The notes: generated from the sequence alone by a model not told the origin. DNA of 64,000 nt from Eledone cirrhosa (GCA_964016885.1 OZ024745.1:77500001-77564000), one strand, 5' to 3'; counted from the first letter of the stretch, positions 13,091 through 26,068 are shown. Numbers and translations: made by a program.

Positions 13091-14989
13091 ATAATAATGA
13101 TAACTGATAAATGATAATTTGTTTTTTATGAGTCACAGCCTTATAATATAATACTTTTTTCCAGATTCAGCTGCATTATATTGATGAGATGAATGACAAT
13201 ATAGTTTTGATACCCAACAGTCATAGGTAGCATTATCAAAAATCAAGTACCTGTATTCAAACATTAAATGCATTGATGTTCACAGAAGGAGAGGTCCTGT
13301 TCAGAAACATTGCAAAATACTTACAGTGCCTCATAATTACTCATGTAGTTCATTTTCCAAAGAAGATCTTATTTATTAATTTGATTATCTATAATTTAGG
13401 CAATTACATTTATAAGAAATAGTACACTTTTAAATAATCTTTAATTTGGTGTCAGTACAGCTATGGGTTGTTGTTATTGACTTCTAGTACTTGAATAGTA
13501 GCTTCAGGAGTCTTAGAAACCTAGTATTAGTAACTAATTATTTAACAATGTTTTTACTATATATCATTATGTTTACTTATCTGTCCACAATAATCTCATC
13601 TTAAGATTTTCTTTTTTAATGTGTATATATATATATATATTACTATTTATAGATTTTATTCACAGTTGTATAAATAATATTACAAATGCATAAATAACAT
13701 TATAAATTGCTCATAATGTATAAGCATTTTAAATTGGTTAGAAGATAAAATATTAATTTTCATTTAAATGCATTCTATCATGATCAAATCGCAGTTAAAA
13801 TGTAATTTCAAGGCAAATAATCCCCTATGTTTCACCATATTTCTCTTCCTTTGTTAAAAGTCTTATCCTTAAGTAAAACTTAATATCTGAAACTAATCAG
13901 CACCATACAATAAACACCTCTAGCAAATTCAAGTTAGATTTCCAATTAAATGTCATGTTATAAATGCATTATTTTCAATTTTGTTTATAGTGTGGGTAAT
14001 ATACTCAACATAATCTATTTCCATATAAAAATCAAGAAATGTAAACACACTTTGTTATTAAATATCTTTGCTATCAATATATGCAGAGTTAACTGCATAG
14101 GTTATCTAGGTTTTGTGAATAAGATGCTAATGTTTATATTTTTGACTTAATGCTTTAGTTGCTTTTTACCATTTTATTTAATTCCATTATAAGTTCATTT
14201 CTTATATTGATTTAAAACTAAATGTCTAACTTCTTGGGATCATTCTTGTTGTTATTGAGTTGTATTGGACTGCTAGCAAAGAGATAATTGTTGAAAGAAT
14301 AGTTCTATCAGTATTTTAGCCATGGCTGTCCTCTCTATCTTTTGATACTAAGCAACCTGAAATTGCCTTGGATTTATGATACAAATCTGCTCATTTTTAA
14401 AATGTTTATATTTATATTAAAACCTTCCATTATAATTTTATGTTAGAAATGTTTGTTAAGTAATGTTTTAAATATCAGCTTAATAATGAATATTTTATTT
14501 TATTGAATTTCTTTAAGTTTTTGATATTTTCAAAATTAATTGAAACATAGGCAGTATATTTCATGAGAAATATAGCAATAAAAAGGTTAGTTAAAGCAGA
14601 TTTTGCTGCCACATAAAGCAGTTTGTTATTGTATTGCTCAGATTAGATCTAAGTGAGCAAACTTATGATATCTAGGTAGTCAACTGAATGGTTATGTGTA
14701 ACTTATATATTTATTGTGTCAGATTTACTATCTTTCTGCCTTGATGACAATCATGTTACAAACTCCAACAGGCAGTACTTAATTGTATAGAGTCCTGTGT
14801 TGCAATATAAAGACACTGTTCTCTTTCCACTGTCCACTCTAATTCTGTGTGCCTGCTGCTGTTGTTGAGCTCCAGATGTCTTTGAATGAACAGACTTATG
14901 ATCATGGGATTTCAAACTGTGACCATTCTGTTTTTATATCAGGCAGTGTATCTTGGCCTTTGTTATTCAATATGTCATTTTATTTCTAA

Positions 14990-15570
14990 AGTATCCTGGC
15001 AGACCATCTGCCAACTTCGTAATAAGAAGTCCTCCTCCTCACCTGCTATAAGGAATGAATCTAGGTTTCTCTCATCAGAGAGGTGCGTCCTTGTGGGGTG
15101 GAGAGAATACTTTGCTGACACTGTAAACTCGATCACAACCATATCTTCTGATGTACATGAGGTGCATCAGGGAGTGAAGACTAACACCCTGAAGGCTGAG
15201 GACACAAGAACAATTAAATAGCTCAAATGTAGCAAGGCCTCTGGGGATGATGAAATTTGGCCCAAGGAGTTGTAAGTCTTAAACAGAGAAGGTATTCTCT
15301 TACTGATTCATGTGAGGTAGCTTGGATCTCTGGAAAGGTACCTAAACAATGGTAATTGGGAGTGATAATCCCAGTTTTCAAAAAGACAGATAAGAGAAAT
15401 TTCTCCATTTATAGAGGGATCTCCTTGTTAAGCCTCCCAGGTAAAATCTATGGTAAATTTCTAGCAAAGAAATGTAGGGATGTTGTTGGGTCCAAGCTAG
15501 CTGACAAGCACTGTGGTTTTTGCCCCGAACACAGCACAGCTGACCAAATATTTACACTATGGTAGGTTTT
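14990..15570 (+). mobile_element. Internal fragment of an Expander/Rex3-like RTE LINE (pre-RT and RT N-terminus)
   Basis: WQTICQLR, WREYF, KASGDDEI, GVIIPVFKK.DKR...YRGISLLSLPGKIY, CGFCPEHSTADQIFTL; contains stops. Confidence 0.85.
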
Positions 15571-16564
15571 TAAAAAATTGTGGGAGAATTGCTTCTCCAT
15601 ACATGTCTCACATCTATACTTTATTTTCCTAGCAACCACTAATTTAAAGAGTATAGAAACCCTCTAGATTGATGAATGGTAGGTGTAGTGGCCATCTTCT
15701 CCAGCAATGTATAGTGGCTACCTTCTCTAGATCAAACATTGCTATGTATAGTGGCTCAGTCATGTTTGTTTATCAATTTGCCAATTAATAAATGCATAAG
15801 TTGTTAATCAATAATTCTCTTGTTACTTATTTCCATCAAGGTCTTTTGTCACATCTCTGTGACCTATTTACAATTTCTACTACATCTGCAGATAAATTAC
15901 ATACTTTTTAGTATTGTATAAGAGTTCTGAATTAATAAAATCATACCATATTAAGTAGATCTGTATTGTTGTGTAGTGCTCTTCATCAAAATGCTGATAT
16001 ATTCATCTAATTATTACTTATTTAATGATGATAATTCAAAGTGCTATTAAAAGGAAAGCAAACTGTTCCTTGTATAATGTAATGACTGATTCACTAGTAA
16101 ATACAAATTGGAATTACTTTAATAATGAAAAATAGAAACCTATTGGAAGAAGACCAATAGTTTGATATTTGTATATAGTTGTATTCAGTTTTTAGTTATT
16201 TGCTCCATTTACACACATTTCAGTTTTCAAAGTGTTACGGTTGCCAGCTCTCTCCAACTTACATTGCCCCTCTAACTGCATATCTTATAATTTAGACATA
16301 TTAGTAACACTCCTGGCTATTTTGCAAGAATATTCTAAAATTGTTGTTTTCTACCTGGGGGATATAAACAGATAGCCATACCCAAATGGCTGCAATGACA
16401 AAATAAGCCCTGAATTCAGTGACAAACATCTCTAATAATTATAATTATCAATAAACTGTTCAACATGTTCAACATGTATAGTTTTTATTGCAGTATGCAT
16501 TTGAACCTTTGCTTATATATGAACTGATGTGCAGGAGAATAGCTATATATTTTAACCACTACAC

Positions 16565-16731
16565 CAGTGGTTCACAAAATGGGTTCCACAAAAGAGTATC
16601 TGGGGTTCGTGAATAAAGTAGAGGAGTATATTTATATTACAACCATTATAACAGTATTAGACTTTGGGGTTCCCCCCAAAAGTTTCTGAACCAAAAAGGG
16701 TTCTGTGTTTGAAAAAGTTTGGGAAACCCTG
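16565..16731 (+). mobile_element. hAT-like MITE
   Basis: CAGTGGTT...AAACCCTG termini; 8-bp TSD cactacac/tactacac; homologous to 48474 and 55020. Confidence 0.85.
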
Positions 16732-16902
16732 TACTACACTATTCTCTTTTCATTTATGATAGCATACCTTACAGGTTGCAGACCATACATGAGCTGTAGA
16801 TTACTCCAATGTATTAAACCATCTAAAACCTTGCTTCGGGTCTGCTTAAGATGATCTGTTTCATGGTTGTTATACTATTATGATTAATCTACTGTTAATA
16901 TT

Positions 16903-17215
16903 GTGAAGGCATATGACTTTGTGGGTAGGGTATTCATCTTACGGTTAAAAGGTCATGAGTTTGATTCCTGGTGGCGTGTTGTGTCCTTGAGCAAGATACT
17001 TTGTTTCACGTTGGTCCAGTCTACTCAGCTGGCAAAAATGAGTTGTACCTGTAATTCAAAGGACCAGTCTTGTCATATTTTCTGTCCTTGATAACTACAT
17101 TAGAGGTACATGTTTCTGTGCAATGTTCAGCCACTTGCACATTTATGCCACAAGCAGTCTGTTCTGTTGATCGTATCAACTGGAACACTCATTATTGTTA
17201 CCGATGGAGTGCCAG
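16903..17215 (+). mobile_element. tRNA-derived SINE, family B-related with a different 3' part
   Basis: B-box-like gagtttgattcc, then gtgtccttgagcaagatactttgtttcacgttg...tcagctggcaaaaatgagt. Confidence 0.7.
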
Positions 17216-17339
17216 TTTATAGTTAATTTTATCTATAGCAGTAGTATTACTACTCTACCATGACCACTGTAAGCCATTATGCCTATCCTCTGTAGATCAT
17301 TTTATCTCCCAAGAAAACGATCTGATCAACAGCTATTGT

Positions 17340-17435
17340 ATAGGCATGTTGTGTAAGTGTCTTCTTCTATAGCTTCGGGCAAACCAATGCCTTGTGAGTG
17401 AATGATTGATGGAAACTGGAAGGAAGCCCATTGTA
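17340..17435 (+). mobile_element. Fragment of a further SINE family (C)
   Basis: aagtgtcttcttctatagc...ccttgtgagtg...ggaaactggaaggaagccc followed by (TGTA)n; related reverse copy at 49438-49515. Confidence 0.5.
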
Positions 17436-18170
17436 ATTGTATGAATGTATGTATGTATGCATGTACATGCCTGTGAGTGTATCTGTCTAATATCTCAGAT
17501 GCTGCTCTGATATTCTGTTATTAATTCATCTCATCTAAAGTTAAAAATGTTATTAGACAGTTAATAATGACTGTTATTTTGTAACTATTATTTATGTATT
17601 AAGGGTGATGATATAAGTACCCCTGTGAACAAAATCCTCATGCAGGTGTTGATATTTTTTTGTAAGTTAATTGTAGAAGTGTCCATGACTTTTGTGTACC
17701 TTCCTAGACTGGCAAGATTGATGCATCTGATGTTGGCCTTAGAATATCCACAGGAGGAAATAACATTTGGATGGGGAGTGAACCAGGAAACCTGTCTAAA
17801 TGTTTGCACCAAAGTGAATTTCACTAAAGGACTAAGATGAGGTGTTGAACTAGATATCTTGAGATTACTACAGCTTGTTGTTGTCTTTCTACTTCACTTG
17901 CTTCATTGATACCTTCACAAGGACATGAACAACTTACTTATTTCTTTCTTCCCTATTAATATCTGTGTGCTTATGTAACAAATCATTAATGGCGCAGTAA
18001 ATATTGATGGCATCGTGAATTAATGCAATGGAACTTTGTGAGTTACAATGTAATTCTATGAGTTTAATCCAACTCTAAGGCAATATGTACATATAAAAGA
18101 AAGTATAGACCTTTGAGGCAATTGTTGATGTGTACACATTCATATGCATTGAAATACTATATAAATGATA

Positions 18171-18203
<33 letters not shown>

Positions 18204-19109
18204 ATACACAAAGTGATTAATAACTTGATTGTTTCTTACTATACAAGTTATACTTCATCTCAGCAATATAGACAATATAGACATTTAATTGTTGTATTTA
18301 TCTATACATGCTGTGATGTGAATGATGCCTCCACCTGTCATTTCGTTATTGTTAAACTTCTTTGATCAGAAGTTTTTCATTTATCATATGTATGTTTGTT
18401 TAGTTACTTTTTTGCTAAAGCTCTGGTCAATTATGGATGCATCTTCTGTAAACATTCAAAGCACTTCTAAAATGCTTTTAGTTTTAAGTCCTACTGCAGT
18501 CAACAAGTGGCACTCTCTCTCTAGTAACAAGAAATCTGTATTTATTGTAGGAGATAAAATTTGTAGAGTAAGTAATTGAAGTTCTAAAAGACCATGTTTA
18601 CCACTTTGTTTCAATTGTGGCTAGAACTATTTCATTTCCATTAGAATACTATATGTGTCAATCAAAAATTGAAAAAAATTATAAAACATGAGAAAGAATA
18701 TTCAATCTTCACTACCCCAATGATATGAGCTTAGACAGTATGGGAGTATGCTCTCTGGTGGGAAGAATCCTAGACAAAAGCCACCTCATGTTTCCTGTGG
18801 ACAGAAAGAAGAAAGTGTTACCTCAGGGGATAGTAAAGGAGAGGAGTTGAAATAGCCATTCCAACTCACAGGGCTTATCATTTAATGTTCATTTTCCCTG
18901 CTAACAAGTGTTGGGGCAAATTTTTTTGGACTATCAGTACTCAAGCAGGGCTACTGGCCTGCCAGACAAGCAGAGGCCTGCATCCTACTTATTCATACCA
19001 ACATCACAGCTTGTATCACAGTAAACCTGATATCCCACTTTCATAGGGAGTTCAGCAACAAAACGTAATTGGCCATATAAAACTGATATTAGTATCGAAG
19101 TCAGTGGAC

Positions 19110-19760
19110 TAGATTTTTATTGTTACAAAAGACGTTACCTTGTCAACTGATGCAAGTGAAAAGGCTATATCTGGAATTCTTTCCCAAAACAACCAGTCGG
19201 CATATACTTATCAAGAATATTAACCATAGCTGAAACAAGATACCAGAGTCTTTAAAGGGAAGCCTTGGTAACTGTACTTTGTTTACAAATATCATATTTT
19301 CTCCTTGGCTGAGAATTTAAATTGGTCTCAAGCTATAGGCCTCAAGAATATCTGTCTGTGGATGGTGAAAGTAATATCTGCAGATATTTTAAAAGTGGTT
19401 TTTAAAATGACAGTATTTGATTATATTTTATGAAATATATTATGTAAATGGATCTGAAATACCACATGTTGGTATATTATCACAATTGGAATTTATTAAT
19501 TATGTTGGTTTTGATAAATTTGATCAGGATGATGATGGAGTTTTTTGTTTTTTGTTTTTTTTTCATTTGTCTTTTTAGAAACTTATGAAATGTGAAAATG
19601 TATAATTGGTAAAAAACATTTTTGATAACAAATGGAACAATTGTTTAGTTGTTAAAAGGCCATTTAGGACATCAACAAATAAGTTAGCAGTTGAGGATGG
19701 TATCTTGTGTAATGAAGAATACATTATTACTTTAACCTGTTTGAGAACATTCATAATAAA
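19110..19760 (+). mobile_element. Degenerate Gypsy/Ty3 LTR-retrotransposon pol remnant (RNase H region)
   Basis: KDVTLSTDASEKAISGILSQ / YLSRILTIAETRY / FLLG*EFKLVSSYRP / GSEIPHVGILSQL across frameshifts. Confidence 0.8.
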
Positions 19761-20424
19761 AGTTCTGTGGTAACACAGAATTTAATTAGTGATAGCACTA
19801 ATGCAACATGAGAGTATTTTAAGCTGTGAAACTAAATGTCTGTTTATTATATGTAAACATATTGTATATAGTATTATATATGCCTTTGTTGGGAATCTCG
19901 CTATATTAGTACTGTTTGCTAATTGATGCTAGCCCATCAAGTTTGTACCATATCCAAATAAGTTTTCACCATGAACAGTTTATTTACAAAAATCTATAAG
20001 ATGATATTGACTTTCATACTTCAGCCTCTGGGTGTAAGTAAGTGAATGCTGAGAAACTGTAACCACATTGAAATGCATACACACTGCTCTTACTCCAATG
20101 CTAAGGTAGCCGTGACATGATCACAGCTTAAAATATAGTGAAACTAGATGTATGTTTATTATATGTAAACATACATGAGTTCATATACACCTTTATTAAA
20201 AATAAAAATAATCAGAAACAGTTAAGCAGGTATCAAGAACTTTCCCCAAAAAAACTGCTGTTCCAGAAATGTCTCATGTACATTGCTTGGTAAAATCGGG
20301 TGTAAGCCAATGAAAACACCTTCATATCATCTAGAATCATATAGAATCACTGAAAGAATAGTCGTAAGTGTTAAATTAGGTTTAAAAGTATACTAATCCA
20401 GTAAAAAATTTATTAATGTATGTT

Positions 20425-20556
20425 TCAACCACATGCTCTTGAGTTATCAGGCAATTCTTCACTCTGGAAGATTTCTTCGTCCATTTGTTTGACAAGCAAA
20501 CAAATATAATCACCATTAAGAATGTCCTCTGGAACGGCAGTTCTAATTTGGTATTG
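20425..20556 (-). CDS. Candidate terminal coding exon of an unidentified minus-strand gene (QYQIRTAVPEDILNGDYICLLVKQMDEEIFQSEELPDNSRACG*)
   Basis: Strong acceptor tttcttttctag, 43 open codons to TGA, AATAAA at 20414-20409. Confidence 0.4.
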   Translation of the reverse strand, partial: QYQIRTAVPEDILNGDYICLLVKQMDEEIFQSEELPDNSRACG

Positions 20557-21133
20557 CTAGAAAAGAAATGAACCACTGGCAAAATTTATATTTTAAACAG
20601 GTAATAACACAGATGTTGTTCTTAGGGGTGAACAGAGTATGTTAGCACATAAACAATGACACACTTATTGAAAGTGAACAAAATACTGAATCAGTCCTTT
20701 AAGCTTTGAATAATTCAGTCTGGAGTTCAGCATTTTATATCCACTCTTCTAAGTTGGAATGGGTCACATGATCCATGACTAGATGGGTTGGAATATCAAA
20801 ATGAAATAATAAGGATTCGGTTTCTTATATAACAGAAGTTATCAACTAGTTCTATGGAGCTTTCCATCCATTTGAAATAATTATTTCATGGGTGGTCCTA
20901 CTGCAAACTACCCCTATACATATGCTATATACAACATTTCTCTTCTTTGTCAGCTTCCTTGTGATCCCATGGCACCATTTGTGCAGCCATTGTTTACACT
21001 GGGTAAACTATGAAATCCATACCTACTCCCTCTCTGCATGGGCATTTCTCAGATAATAATAGAATTTTTGTTTTTTCTACCAACTAAAACCTCTCTCACT
21101 ATATATATATATATATATTATATATTATATATA

Positions 21134-21400
21134 TCATCATCGTTTAACGTCTATCTTCCATGCTAGCATGGGTTTAGATGAGAATTGTCCCACTTGAGGC
21201 AAGATTGGCCGGGTGACCGTGTTTTGTTCGTGTAGGACTGTCTGGCAGGTTTTCTACGGCTGGATGCCCTTCCTAACACCAACCACATTTACAGTGTGGA
21301 CTGGGAGGTTTTTACCGTGTTACCTACATGGCCACATTACAGCGTGGACTGTGTGGTTTTTTTTTTTGTCATGACACCTACGTGACCTCATTTATTTTGG
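21134..21400 (-). mobile_element. RTE 3'UTR-only copy inserted in (TA)n
   Basis: Reverse complement of 5585-5843 including the tail. Confidence 0.85.
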
Positions 21401-21439
21401 ACATTGTTTTAATCCAAATGAAAATAAAAATTACACATT

Positions 21440-21547
21440 AATCCTGGGGTCTATTGTAAAATTTGATTTGATTTGGTCCAGCCGATTGAGAATGCATAAG
21501 GAAAAGACAGACAGATAGAAAGGCAAAGAATTTTATATATTTAGAGA
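21440..21547 (-). mobile_element. 5' end of a non-autonomous Helitron-like element
   Basis: Minus strand A|TCTCTAAATATATAAAA...(CTGT)n...TCGGCTGGACCAAAT, a layout typical of animal Helitron 5' ends. Confidence 0.5.
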
Positions 21548-21627
21548 TTAAAGTGAAAATCAACAGGTGTGTGTGTGTGTTTTAATTTGGCAGCATGACC
21601 CTCCCAAAGTATAACAATATATATATA

Positions 21628-21809
21628 TAATTGTTTCTACTTTTGGCACAAGGCCAGCAATAACCCAGTTCATTACTGGTACTTTATTTTATCGACCCCG
21701 TAAGGATGAAAGGCAAAGTTAACCTCGGCGGGATTTGAACTCAGAATGGCAAGGGCTGTAACTCTATGCGTCAAAGCTTGGCGTCCAACCCTCTACCGAT
21801 ACTACCAAT
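21628..21809 (-). mobile_element. SINE family A
   Basis: Near full-length reverse copy. Confidence 0.9.
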
Positions 21810-21825
21810 GGGTGGTGCATTAGGG

Positions 21826-21985
21826 TTCGTGAGATCAGTGTTGTGGGGACGGCATTGGGGTCATTGTTGTGATGTCAGTGTTGTGAGGTCGGTGTTGTGA
21901 GGTCGGTGATATGTGAGGTTGTTGTTGTAGGTCGGTGTTGTGAGGTCGGTGATGCGGGGTGGTGTTGTGAGGTCATTGTTGTGAA
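21826..21985. repeat. GT-rich ~14-bp degenerate tandem repeat (tgttgtgaggtcgg)
   Basis: Repeated units visible directly. Confidence 0.75.
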
Positions 21986-22271
21986 GTTGGCCTTGTGCTG
22001 CGACAAGAACAGCAGCAACAAGCAAACAAAACAGACCCACCTGTTTCCTCAGGCGACCTGCCTCTGTGTATCTCACCTATCTCACCCCTTCTCCATTCGT
22101 CACTTTTTCCGACAGCTTCCATCTTTATTCCCATCCCCTCTTCTCTAAGCCGCGCCACGGGATCCCTATATATATATATACAATAATGAAGTAATTCCGT
22201 CGGAAAGGTACAGGAAAAAAGAGTGCTCTATGTAGGTTACAGAGCTTATTAGTCATGACTAAATTTATATA

Positions 22272-22307
<36 letters not shown>

Positions 22308-22309
<2 letters not shown>

Positions 22310-24392
22310 TCATCATCATCATTTTACGTCCGCTTTTCCCTGCTTGCAAGGGTGGGACGGGTCCTATTCAGCATCTCTCCACTTGTCACGGTCCTTCGTC
22401 ATCTCCACTGTGAGCTTCAGCGATCTGAGGTCTGCTCTCACCACCTCCGCCTATGTTTTTCGTGGTCTACCTCTACCACGTCTTCCTTCAACTGGCATTT
22501 CCTGGCACTTCTTCACCCATCGGTCATCCTCCATGCGCATCACATGTCCATACCATCACAGTCTCCTCTCTCGCACACTACAATCTATCCCTCTCAGACA
22601 CAGTTTCTCTCTCAACACATCCATGCTCGGTCGTTCACGCATATTGATATTGCACATCCAACGGAGCATGTTTGCCTCATTTCTCTCCAGCCGTTGCATA
22701 TCCTCTGCAGTTGCTGCCCATGTCTCACTACCATGCAGCATCGCACTCTTCACACAAGCATCATATAACCGCCTTTTTGTACGCAGGGAGAAACCCTTCT
22801 TCAGAGGAAGCAGCTCCCTAAACTGCTTCCAACCCGTCCTTATTCTAGATACTATGGCATTGGAACCCCCCCCCCCCCCCCTCCCATGCTAATCTGATCT
22901 CCTAGGTACCGGAAGCTATCAACCACTTCTATAACACCCACCTGCATTTGAAAAATGTGTCTATCGATGCAACTTCTACTGTCTAATTTCCCTGTACATC
23001 TGCATATGTATTTCTCCCTACCTGTTAGTTTGACTGCTATCCCACTACATCTCTTGTGTACCCAAGATCTGTATTGTGTGCATTTTATAGAATTTATGCC
23101 AGTTCCTTTTCTGCATATCGAACATGGCTATTTCCCTGATGGAATCAGAGTTTTGTCCTCTTTTCTACTCATCAACACTTTTGCCTTAGCTAGGTTAACT
23201 CTCAGTCCTCTTGATTCCAACTGCTGTTTCCATAGCCAGAATTTATTCTCTAGCTCCTCTACTGATTCTGCTATAAGAACCATTTCGTCAGCATAGAGAA
23301 GTTCCCATGGACAGCCAGTCTTAAACTCCTCTGTTATGGCTTGGAGGACTATAATGAATAAGAGCAGGCTGAGGACCCTGATGTACTCCTACTTGTATCT
23401 GGAATTCCTCACTAAACTCCATTCCTACGCCTCACTTTACTGATAGCACCTCTGTACAAAGTTTGCGCTGTCCTCACAAGCTATTCCTCAACATCTAGTT
23501 TCCTTAGGGACCACCAGATGACAGATCGGGGTACTCTATCAAAGGCCTTCTCTAGGTCAATAAAAGCTAAGTATAGTGGCTTATTCTTCTCTAAGAACCT
23601 CTCTTGTAATTGTTTCACCAAGAAGAGGGCATCTGTTGTACTTTTCCCAGGCACAAAACCAAACTGCATCTCATCTAGTTTGACTCTTTCTCTAATTAGT
23701 TGTGCTAATATCCTTTCTGCCACTTTCATAATCTAATCCTATAATTGCTCCTCTCCAGAGCATCCCCTTTACCTTTGTAGCAATTTATGAGAATACTGCT
23801 GCACCAGTCTTTTGGTATGACACCACCATATATAGCCTGGCTGATGATGCATGCAACCAGTTTAGTGCCTACGTCCCCTGATGCCTTCAGCATCTCAGCA
23901 ACTATCCCCGACGGTCCAGCGACCTTACCATTTTTCATTTCCTTAATCGCCTCTTGGACCCTATATTCATCAATCTCTGTAACTGGTCCCTCTGTCGGAT
24001 CTACTGAGGGTAATTTCTCTCTCCCATTCATTCTCCACATTCATCAGTCTCTCATAATGACATTTCCAGGCCTCCTTTTTCTGATCATTCGTGAAACTAA
24101 GTACACTGGCATCATTCCGGACACACTTATCTCCAACAACATCCTGATTTGCATTGACACACTGCCTTGCAATGTGGAACACCGCACGTCTCTGATCTTC
24201 CTGTCGCAGAACATCGGCAAAGCTCCTACTCTCAGACTCCCTGCGTGCTAAATACACCTGACGTCTATCTTCTCTCTTAGCGGCTGTATATCCTTCCCTA
24301 CTCCCACCCTTTTTCCAAGCCTTCCATGCTAGTCTTTTGTCTCTAATGACCCTATCTACCATGCTGTTCCACCACCATGTCACTCTCTGTCT
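22308..24392 (-). mobile_element. 5'-truncated RTE LINE, second subfamily with short 3'UTR and (GAT)n tail in (TA)n
   Basis: Minus ORFs: RVTWWWN, GKVAGPSG, QFGFVPGKSTTDA, FIDLEKAFDRV, LLYADE, MLHGSETW; frameshifted. Confidence 0.95.
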
Positions 24393-24460
24393 GGTGATGT
24401 CCAGCAGAAGCAAAGGGGACAACCGTCTATGCATTTCAGGCTTAACTGGCCTTGCGACTG

Positions 24461-24785
24461 TTAACGGCTGAGCAGCCTAATTTGCAAATTCGGCTGCTCA
24501 GCCATTAATATGCATAAGGAAAGTATATACTTTCAAACATTCAATCATCTGACAGGAAGGTATACGATGCTGACGGTAGCTAATAAGCTTGAAACTAGTA
24601 CATCGTTCCTGTGTCAGTGTTGAACAAAAAGGCGATGATGGTTGCCGAACACTGTACGGCGTAATTTGGGCTGTTCGCTAAACCCATATGTATAATATAT
24701 ATATGTGTGCATGTATGTATATATATACATACTAGTGTACGTCTGTATACATATATGTATGTACGTATACATACATACTTACACA
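24461..24785 (+). mobile_element. ORF-less HHR-bearing repeat unit (retrozyme/pLTR-like), dispersed copy of the 63-kb family
   Basis: Reverse-complement match to 63340-63527 and 63632-63730; 5' fold-back hairpin at 24461-24508. Confidence 0.75.
24552..24612 (+). ncRNA. Type-I hammerhead ribozyme, variant core CUGACGG
   Basis: acgatg-CTGACGG-t agct aata agct t-GAAA-ctag-TA-catcgt; stem I extended by acagga/tcctgt. Confidence 0.65.
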
Positions 24786-24864
24786 TATATATATATATAT
24801 TATATATCATCATCATCATCATCATCATAGATGATGATATATAATATATATTATATATTATATA

Positions 24865-24970
24865 TCATCATCATCATCATTTCATTTTACGTCCGCTTTT
24901 ATATTTTATATATATATATATATGCAAGCGTGGAAGATGGACGTTAAACGATGATGATAATGATGATGAT
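24865..24970. mobile_element. Two RTE 3'-terminal stubs in opposite orientations within (TA)n
   Basis: (cat)n...ttttacgtccgctttt matches the 22308 tail; gcaagcgtggaagatggacgttaaacgatgat matches the 5800 tail. Confidence 0.7.
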
Positions 24971-25126
24971 ATATATTTATTAAAATAACAGATTAAAGTT
25001 TAAGCAAAGAATCGCTGCTTTCACCCTTAACGGGATCTTCTGAAACTAAAAAAGTCAATCTGTGAACGCAGAAGTAAATATTTGAAAAAACGTTGCAACC
25101 GGAGGAAGACAGGAAGACGATACTTT

Positions 25127-25410
25127 GGTTCATGGAAACGTTCCCTGGCAAAGAACGGAAAAAAACCGAAGATAATACGTCATTACTTGGTGTGGTGAAA
25201 ACAATTACACGCAAAGACAAAACCACGTTTAGGGTATAAATGAAGTCGTAGACTAATATTCTATTAGGTGGTTCAAGGAGACGTTCTCTTGCAATGAACG
25301 GAAAAAACGAAAATAATACGTCATATGGAGCAATCAGAACAATTACACGCAAAGACAAAACCACGTAAATGGTATAACTGAAGTCGTAGACAGACTAAAA
25401 TTCTATTTAG
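25127..25410. repeat. Diverged tandem dimer of a ~143-bp unit
   Basis: aacaattacacgcaaagacaaaaccacgt and gaagtcgtagac occur in both units. Confidence 0.8.
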
Positions 25411-25761
25411 GAAACCGAATGATTCTCGGCTTCAGAGTTAAGAATAAAGTAAATAAAATACAGAGGTAATTGAAATTAAATATATACATACACGCATCCA
25501 TATACGTACATACACAACCATTCACGAAAACACTCGTCATGGGTATGCAAATACAAGCATGTACACAAAAAAAACAAAAAAACACGCACACATATACAGA
25601 ACCCACGCAACGCTTGTACAGCACACATACGAACGTATACACCAAATACACATAAAAATATATATAAAAAATAAATATTTGCTCTACGGTTCTTATATAT
25701 CTGATATATATTTATCCTTATCGAGGCCTCTTTGGATTTTAGTCTTCAAATTTATTATTAT

Positions 25762-25806
<45 letters not shown>

Positions 25807-25902
25807 TTACATATATATATATATATATCCGTATGTAGTTCCTAGAGCAAAGTGTACTCAATACCAAAATAGAGTTTAAATATTCATTTTATTAAGGCTT
25901 AT

Positions 25903-25952
25903 TCTTGTCTGATGACCCTCTGAAAAGCTGGCGAAACTCCAAAATAACAAGA
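25903..25952 (+). ncRNA. Degenerate type-I hammerhead ribozyme
   Basis: tcttgt-CTGATGA-...-GAAA-...-TA-acaaga; stem I perfect, stems II and III eroded. Confidence 0.45.
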
Positions 25953-26068
25953 CTCACAATTTTGCCTTGATAAAATGTGTCTATATATATATATATACTA
26001 TCCAGTGAATTTCCGACCGATAAGGTATGATTTTCATGGGTACGTCTTTATTTATAAAACAAACTTTG

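Noticed and set aside
13165-13330. Exon-like splice signals on both strands
   Set aside because: Weak donors or closed frames; not distinguishable from chance.
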